A stretch of 20,000 bases of DNA, taken from IMG/VR virus record IMGVR_UViG_3300020438_000025, one strand, 5' to 3'. Shown here piece by piece: positions 15,379 through 20,000 of this stretch. Source of the stretch: an uncultured virus (IMG/VR IMGVR_UViG_3300020438_000025). Taxonomy: Duplodnaviria > Heunggongvirae > Uroviricota > Caudoviricetes. A program made the translations under genes and the position numbers. The notes beneath the pieces were generated by a model. That model was given only the letters and a program-made list of their open reading frames with translations, had not been told where the DNA came from and did no database searches. Positions within the stretch are counted from its first letter, which is position 1. Every line of letters starts with the position of its first letter.

Positions 15379-16491
15379 TTAATAGCGATTACATGTGTGA
15401 CCAATGCCGCATGAGTTTCTTCCGCCAGTTGGAGTACAAAATCCTCCATTGCAAACATCCATTACTCTTGGTGTAATTGTAGGATCAGCAATCCATTGTA
15501 TACGTACCATGCCTTGACTACCTTTACCACCATGTGACCTAATATCTCCACATGGAGAATGGTCTCCCCAACCTCCCATACCGTGACTCATCCAGTTAGC
15601 AGAGCCTGTGGAATCATAACAACTACAATATGTAGCACTATTACAAGCTTGATCAAAAGCTTGACCCATTGTAGGATGTGCAAACATACCTGCTATATTT
15701 TGTGTAACACTTTTCCACCCATCACTAGCATTGGGATGCCAACTCTGACAGCCAATCTGATAGCAGATGTTTTGAGGATTAGGTCCATAAACACCAGCTG
15801 ATGATCTCATTATACCACTGAAACAGTTGAAATTTGCTACAGTAGCTACACAGTGGTTCACACATAAGCAACTTATTTCACCAGGACAATTAAAGTCACC
15901 TCCATATCCAGAAGGTATCCAGGAGTGATTAGTCCCGAAATTGCATATTATGCCACAGCCACCAGATCCTCCATTATCAGTCACGCAAAATCCGCAATTT
16001 GAATATTGTGTTAATATACCGATATTACAACTACATGCATGATATCCTCCCATTGCTCCTTCAGCACATAAGCACAGACAACACTGAGCGTCACCAGATC
16101 CTGAAAACGTAGCATTAGGTGAACAGAAAAAAAGCTTTGTTGGTTCACTACAGCCACGAAAGCACAGAGTGCCATGATTTGTACATGCGTGTCCTAGCTG
16201 ACAAATACACATATAGGAGTTTTCATCCATGCAAAGTGTTTTTTTGACATATGCAGGTGAATTGCCTGGTAATCCTACAGAACAACAACAATTTCTACCA
16301 CCTGAACCACCTGCTCCCCATACTTCTACAATGGCTTGACCTGTACCGGGAGAAAACCAATGGGTGTTGAAGCAAAATCTTGTAGCCTCCTCGCACATTG
16401 TATGCCAAAAGTATATTTTTCCTCTTTCTAAATTTGTTTCTTCTGTACTGGAATTGCTATATTTTTTTACAATGGTGCTTAAATTTGCCAT
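15379..16491 (-). CDS. Cys/Gly-rich putative tail-fibre adhesin, paralogue 3 (370 aa)
   Basis: VEVWGAGGSGG...CCC...GLPGNSPAY and GGKGSQGMVRIQW glycine-rich-domain motifs. About 37 Cys by hand count. AGGA SD. Confidence 0.7.
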   Translation of the reverse strand: MANLSTIVKKYSNSSTEETNLERGKIYFWHTMCEEATRFCFNTHWFSPGTGQAIVEVWGAGGSGGRNCCCSVGLPGNSPAYVKKTLCMDENSYMCICQLGHACTNHGTLCFRGCSEPTKLFFCSPNATFSGSGDAQCCLCLCAEGAMGGYHACSCNIGILTQYSNCGFCVTDNGGSGGCGIICNFGTNHSWIPSGYGGDFNCPGEISCLCVNHCVATVANFNCFSGIMRSSAGVYGPNPQNICYQIGCQSWHPNASDGWKSVTQNIAGMFAHPTMGQAFDQACNSATYCSCYDSTGSANWMSHGMGGWGDHSPCGDIRSHGGKGSQGMVRIQWIADPTITPRVMDVCNGGFCTPTGGRNSCGIGHTCNRY

Positions 16492-16492
16492 G

Positions 16493-17590
16493 TTATGTTC
16501 CTAAATATTTAATTTTCATACCGCCACTACCTCCTCTATATCCAACATCTCTAACATCAGGTACCACATTTGTTCCAGCTGCTGGTATTCCTGGAGGTAA
16601 GAAAAAAGTACACTGCGTTTGTTCATAACACGCACATGGTCTGTTATTACTATAACAGTAGCTGTTAACTGGTGCTCCAAATCCTGCATGTCGACCGAGC
16701 ATTGTGATAAGTCCCATGATTTTGTTCTGCCCACCAGATGTGCTTGCATGGGTCATACCTGCGCACTGCTGATTAAATGTGAATGCTGTACCATGTTCAC
16801 TGCCATAACCTGGAGGTATGGCCACGGTGTTTGCTTGCTGACAAGGGGCTCCGCCACAATCCCCTACTACCAAACATGACCAGTTTGGTCCATACGGATC
16901 ACAAACGTCGCCTGAATTGCAATTAAAATCACCACCGTACGCTCTGCGAACATCCTGCCAACCACCAACATTACAGATAACACCACAACCGATGTCGCAA
17001 CAACAATCACAATTTAAACCCTTTTGGTTACACAGATATGTATTTGCGACCCTAAGGCAACAAGTACCCATACTATCAAAACATCTAAAACAATAATACG
17101 GAGAAGAATCAGGACTACAAAGTGATAGTCCTCCCCATCCCCCTTCTGCGCACAAGCAAACTTCTCGTTCATGTCCTATCCCAGAAGTAAGTAAACCATT
17201 TGGAGAACATATTATTATACATGTAGAACCACTACAAGCTTTCACACAAAGCTGATCTTCACAACATGCGAGTCCTGTGCAAGCCAATATATATGTACTT
17301 GCATCTACACAAAGAGTTTTTCTTGCATAAGCTCCTGGATTTCCTGGCAGACCCATACCACAACAACATTGCCTTCCAGCACTACCGCCTGCACCCCAAA
17401 TTTCCAATTGTATTGTACCGGTACCTGGAGATAGCCAACAATACTGACAGGTTGATGAACCAGTACAAGCCACCCCAGCAAGTGCTTGCCTATTCTGTTG
17501 AAAAACATAAAGCTGTCCTTCTTCGATATTTGCTTCTTGTCCTACAAAATCTTTTGATTTATTACCAATAATTTCTTTTAAACTTGCCAT
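16493..17590 (-). CDS. Cys/Gly-rich putative tail-fibre adhesin, paralogue 2 (365 aa)
   Basis: LEIWGAGGSAG...CCC...GLPGNPGAY and GYRGGSGGMKIKY. About 38 Cys by hand count. TAATG overlap with the upstream gene and AGAGGA SD. Confidence 0.7.
   Translation of the reverse strand: MASLKEIIGNKSKDFVGQEANIEEGQLYVFQQNRQALAGVACTGSSTCQYCWLSPGTGTIQLEIWGAGGSAGRQCCCGMGLPGNPGAYARKTLCVDASTYILACTGLACCEDQLCVKACSGSTCIIICSPNGLLTSGIGHEREVCLCAEGGWGGLSLCSPDSSPYYCFRCFDSMGTCCLRVANTYLCNQKGLNCDCCCDIGCGVICNVGGWQDVRRAYGGDFNCNSGDVCDPYGPNWSCLVVGDCGGAPCQQANTVAIPPGYGSEHGTAFTFNQQCAGMTHASTSGGQNKIMGLITMLGRHAGFGAPVNSYCYSNNRPCACYEQTQCTFFLPPGIPAAGTNVVPDVRDVGYRGGSGGMKIKYLGT
16506..16511 (-). promoter_or_regulatory. Possible late promoter core (TAAATA) within the 3' end of paralogue 2
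   Basis: Minus strand reads T-TAAATA-TTT-AGGA-ACATAAC-ATG. It lies in coding sequence, so it could be chance. Confidence 0.35.
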
Positions 17591-18636
17591 TATGTTCCTC
17601 TATATACAATTTTTATAGCACCTGGGCCGCCTCGTGCACCATAATTGTAAGCGTCATTTTGGCTACCACTTGCATTAGCAGGCACGCCGTATGGCATTAC
17701 ATCCTGAAATCTCATAGCAGCACTATTACATCCGCACGGTCTAGTAGCTCCCCAACAATTAAAAAGAGGTCCTGGACTTGGTGTCCTTCCTGCAAATCCC
17801 AGCATTTGTAATAAATCTGATGGTCCTTCTCCACCAAAATTATAACGCATGTTACACTCATCGTGCTGATTAATTAACATTACTCCTTTTTTTGAAAAAC
17901 GATATGGACTAGTTTTTACAAAATGAACATTTGGAATTTTACAACATTGGTTACACATACCAAACAAAGTACAGGAAATACCCCCTGATAAATTAAGATC
18001 TCCTCCAGAAGCAGTAGCAGGGTCACTAGCTACTAGGATATTGCATATCATGCCACAGCCTTGTCCGTTACCACCAGTAACATCTTCATGGTAGTACGGG
18101 CGGGGTAAATCACAAAAGTTTGTATGACAGTAATTTGCTTGAATCGCACAACAAAACGTTGTTGTGCTTCCATCAGAACACCATCCTACACCGCCTCTTC
18201 CTCCTCCTGCACACACTGTACCATTTGCTGATCCTAAACACCAACAAAGACAAGTTGGTCCACTTGTACCTTTGTAGCTGTTGCCACCTGAAAAACTGAC
18301 TTCTTCATTATTACATGCAACACCAATATTGGTGCTAAAGTGTAGTGTATTTCCGTTTAGAATAAATGTTTTTTTACTATAAGCACCTGGATTTCCAGGA
18401 ATAGATAAACCACAACGGTGGAGGCCAGGTGCAGAACCGCTTGCGCCCCAAAGTTCAACAACTACAGTCCCAGTCACATTCGGAGATGACCAAGTACGTG
18501 TTAAACTATGATGATCTGTGTATTGTGTGCTATGCGGAATGAACACACTTATCACACCAGTTTCTATGTTTGTTTCTTTTAATAAATTTTGATGTACAAC
18601 ATTTCTAGAAGTAACAATCGAACTTAGAGATGCCAT
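17590..18636 (-). CDS. Cys/Gly-rich putative tail-fibre adhesin, paralogue 1 (348 aa)
   Basis: VELWGASGS...IPGNPGAYSKKT and GARGGPGAIKIVY. About 21 Cys by hand count. AGGA SD. Confidence 0.7.
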   Translation of the reverse strand: MASLSSIVTSRNVVHQNLLKETNIETGVISVFIPHSTQYTDHHSLTRTWSSPNVTGTVVVELWGASGSAPGLHRCGLSIPGNPGAYSKKTFILNGNTLHFSTNIGVACNNEEVSFSGGNSYKGTSGPTCLCWCLGSANGTVCAGGGRGGVGWCSDGSTTTFCCAIQANYCHTNFCDLPRPYYHEDVTGGNGQGCGMICNILVASDPATASGGDLNLSGGISCTLFGMCNQCCKIPNVHFVKTSPYRFSKKGVMLINQHDECNMRYNFGGEGPSDLLQMLGFAGRTPSPGPLFNCWGATRPCGCNSAAMRFQDVMPYGVPANASGSQNDAYNYGARGGPGAIKIVYRGT

Positions 18637-18652
18637 TTATAAATCCTAGTAA

Positions 18653-18985
18653 TCATGTAGCTGTAATTGCCCAACCATAAGTCACGCCTGTGTATAGTAA
18701 TGTAATTGCAGCACCGTCAATATCAAGCGTCAAATCGTCTGTGGCATTGTTTATTTTAGATCCATTCCTATTGACTGTGACATTATTTGTGTTAAATGAT
18801 GAAGTTATATCAATAATTTGAACTTGATCTCCTACCATCAAACTTGCACCTGCAGGTAAAGTGATAGTAAATGCTGCGCTTGAGCTGTCTGCTAATATTC
18901 TATCATTTACTGTGGCAGTAAACGTACCACTAACATTTCTAATTACACTGCTTGCAGTACCTATTTCTGTAATATATCGACCCAT
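18653..18985 (-). CDS. Small tail-fibre-associated protein (single T4 gp34-repeat-like domain)
   Basis: Pattern ADSSSAAFTITLP...GDQVQIID...FNTNNVTVNRNGSKI...DLTL...LLY...GW is typical of long-tail-fibre proximal-type domains. AGGA SD. Confidence 0.7.
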   Translation of the reverse strand: MGRYITEIGTASSVIRNVSGTFTATVNDRILADSSSAAFTITLPAGASLMVGDQVQIIDITSSFNTNNVTVNRNGSKINNATDDLTLDIDGAAITLLYTGVTYGWAITAT

Positions 18986-19006
18986 TAGTTATTCCTTTTG
19001 CTAGTG

Positions 19007-19012
19007 TATTTA
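19007..19012 (-). promoter_or_regulatory. T4-like late promoter core (TAAATA) overlapping the upstream stop codon
   Basis: Minus strand reads GCA-TAAATA-CACTAGCAAA-AGGA-ATAACTA-ATG. Confidence 0.55.
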
Positions 19013-19330
19013 TGCAGTTGAAGTCTCAATTCCGAATACTACCACTGACACATTTGTTGCTGAAGATCTAGCCACAATTTTTTTCCCTGCATCTAATATT
19101 ATACCTGTTCTTTCTAATACACCTTTTGGACCTATTTCTACATCATATTCGACATATTCAGCCAAAGTTGGTGTATCTGCTGCAGCTACAGCTATCCTGG
19201 CTGCAATTGCAGTATTTCCTCTGTTACACACAGATACACTTACTACTGAAAAAGTTGTAGCAGGACAAGTATAAAGTGTTACATTTGTGTCAGCGCTCAT
19301 ATCTACTGCGCCTAATCTTCCTGAAGCCAT
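19010..19330 (-). CDS. Small virion structural / fibre-connector-like protein (106 aa)
   Basis: Strong AGGAGA SD. Pattern TLYTCPA...VCNRG...YVEYD...LERTGIIL...VSVVVFGIE resembles small beta-sandwich proteins that follow fibre genes in large phages. Confidence 0.7.
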   Translation of the reverse strand: MASGRLGAVDMSADTNVTLYTCPATTFSVVSVSVCNRGNTAIAARIAVAAADTPTLAEYVEYDVEIGPKGVLERTGIILDAGKKIVARSSATNVSVVVFGIETSTA

Positions 19331-19341
19331 TTATTTCTCCT

Positions 19342-19998
19342 TTATGATTTTAAAAAGAAGTTCATTGCAACCGGAACGCCGTCAACTCCTTGTTTAAAAT
19401 TCATTTTCTGCTTTACTACTATACCGTTGTTGGTAGTAGTACTAATATCGTTGTTATTAATAATAATTTCACCGGCTGTTATGCTATTTACATTCAATTG
19501 TGATGCACCACTACCTATTTGTGATGCAATATATGTTTTAATTGCTTTTTGCGTTGGCACAATTGCATCACTGTTTGCAGTAAATGTTCCGTCTGTGCTA
19601 AATTCACTTATAACAGCACCTGTTGAACCTAGACCTAGTTCTCCGAGACTTAGTTCTTGTAATCCGCTTAGATTGAATGCATCTGCGTTCAGTGTAGCTA
19701 CACCGGTTGATTGCTCTACTGAAAATAATTCTCCAACACGGAAATTTCCAGATTGATCTGTACTTGTATAAAACACTCTACCCCCGCCAGATTCAATTAT
19801 TTCATCAGCTTGATCTGGATTCTGAGTGGGTATTCCTGGATAATTAGTTGTTGTTGTGTTTCCTGTGCCTACATCTAAGAAGTCATGTCCTGTTAATCTT
19901 ACTTGGCTATAACGGATACGTAACGTGAATGCTTCCTCATGTGCCGGTGCTTGTGTAATAGTTATTGCAGGACTTAGCTGAAATTGAGCTTTATAAGA
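19342..19998 (-). CDS. C-terminal part of a large virion structural / fibre protein (5'-truncated by window)
   Basis: The frame is open to the window edge (SYKAQFQLSP...IRYSQVRLTGHDFLDVGTG...ESGGGRVFYTSTDQSGNFRVG). This motif and VPTQKAIKTYI are recalled from T4-like phage structural proteins. Confidence 0.75.
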   Translation of the reverse strand, partial: SYKAQFQLSPAITITQAPAHEEAFTLRIRYSQVRLTGHDFLDVGTGNTTTTNYPGIPTQNPDQADEIIESGGGRVFYTSTDQSGNFRVGELFSVEQSTGVATLNADAFNLSGLQELSLGELGLGSTGAVISEFSTDGTFTANSDAIVPTQKAIKTYIASQIGSGASQLNVNSITAGEIIINNNDISTTTNNGIVVKQKMNFKQGVDGVPVAMNFFLKS

Positions 19999-20000
19999 AC

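Noticed and set aside
16516..17508. Alternative-frame minus-strand ORFs 16516-16749 and 17305-17508
   Set aside because: They are nested out of frame within paralogue 2, whose frame is supported by homology to both neighbours.
15379..18636. Cys-rich genes as RiPP precursors, multiheme cytochromes or DGR targets
   Set aside because: They are too long for RiPP precursors and lack repeated CxxCH motifs. No reverse transcriptase or near-identical template/variable repeat pair was seen in the window.
3580..19756. Many short + strand ORFs in the ORF track (e.g. 4672-4986, 12879-13274, 17266-17571, 19427-19756), plus 323-529 on the minus strand
   Set aside because: They are antisense shadows of long, motif-bearing genes and have no recognisable motifs.
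1..20000. Stop-codon reassignment, as in some large phages
   Set aside because: Standard-code ORFs tile the window. TGA (1782, 2120, 11898, 18653) and TAG (13696) end genes at sensible junctions.
1..20000. CRISPR arrays, tRNAs, rRNA, introns or IS elements
   Set aside because: The longest intergenic gap is about 60 nt. No repeat-spacer pattern, transposase or split gene was seen by eye.

Overview
AT-rich, gene-dense segment of a large T4-like (myovirus or jumbo-type) tailed phage, covering part of the virion structural region. The + strand (1-2725) holds the 3' part of a gp15-like tail terminator gene with a long C-terminal extension, a Nudix hydrolase, a degenerate cupin and a GmhB-type HAD phosphatase. 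These converge on a roughly 17 kb minus-strand block. In transcription order that block has a truncated fibre-like protein, two small fibre-associated proteins, three tandem Cys/Gly-rich paralogues, a tail-fibre-chaperone-like protein, a GT9-like glycosyltransferase, a NodU/CmcH carbamoyltransferase, two more structural-type proteins and a 2607-aa repeat-rich virion protein. The most notable features are these. (1) A glycosyltransferase-carbamoyltransferase pair sits inside the fibre gene cluster, which suggests a virion/fibre decoration system. (2) A perfect 12-bp hairpin masks the glycosyltransferase ribosome-binding site and has a T4-late-like TAAATA box in its loop. (3) Three adhesin-like paralogues carry 21-38 Cys each. 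All family calls come from motif recognition by eye. No searches were run.
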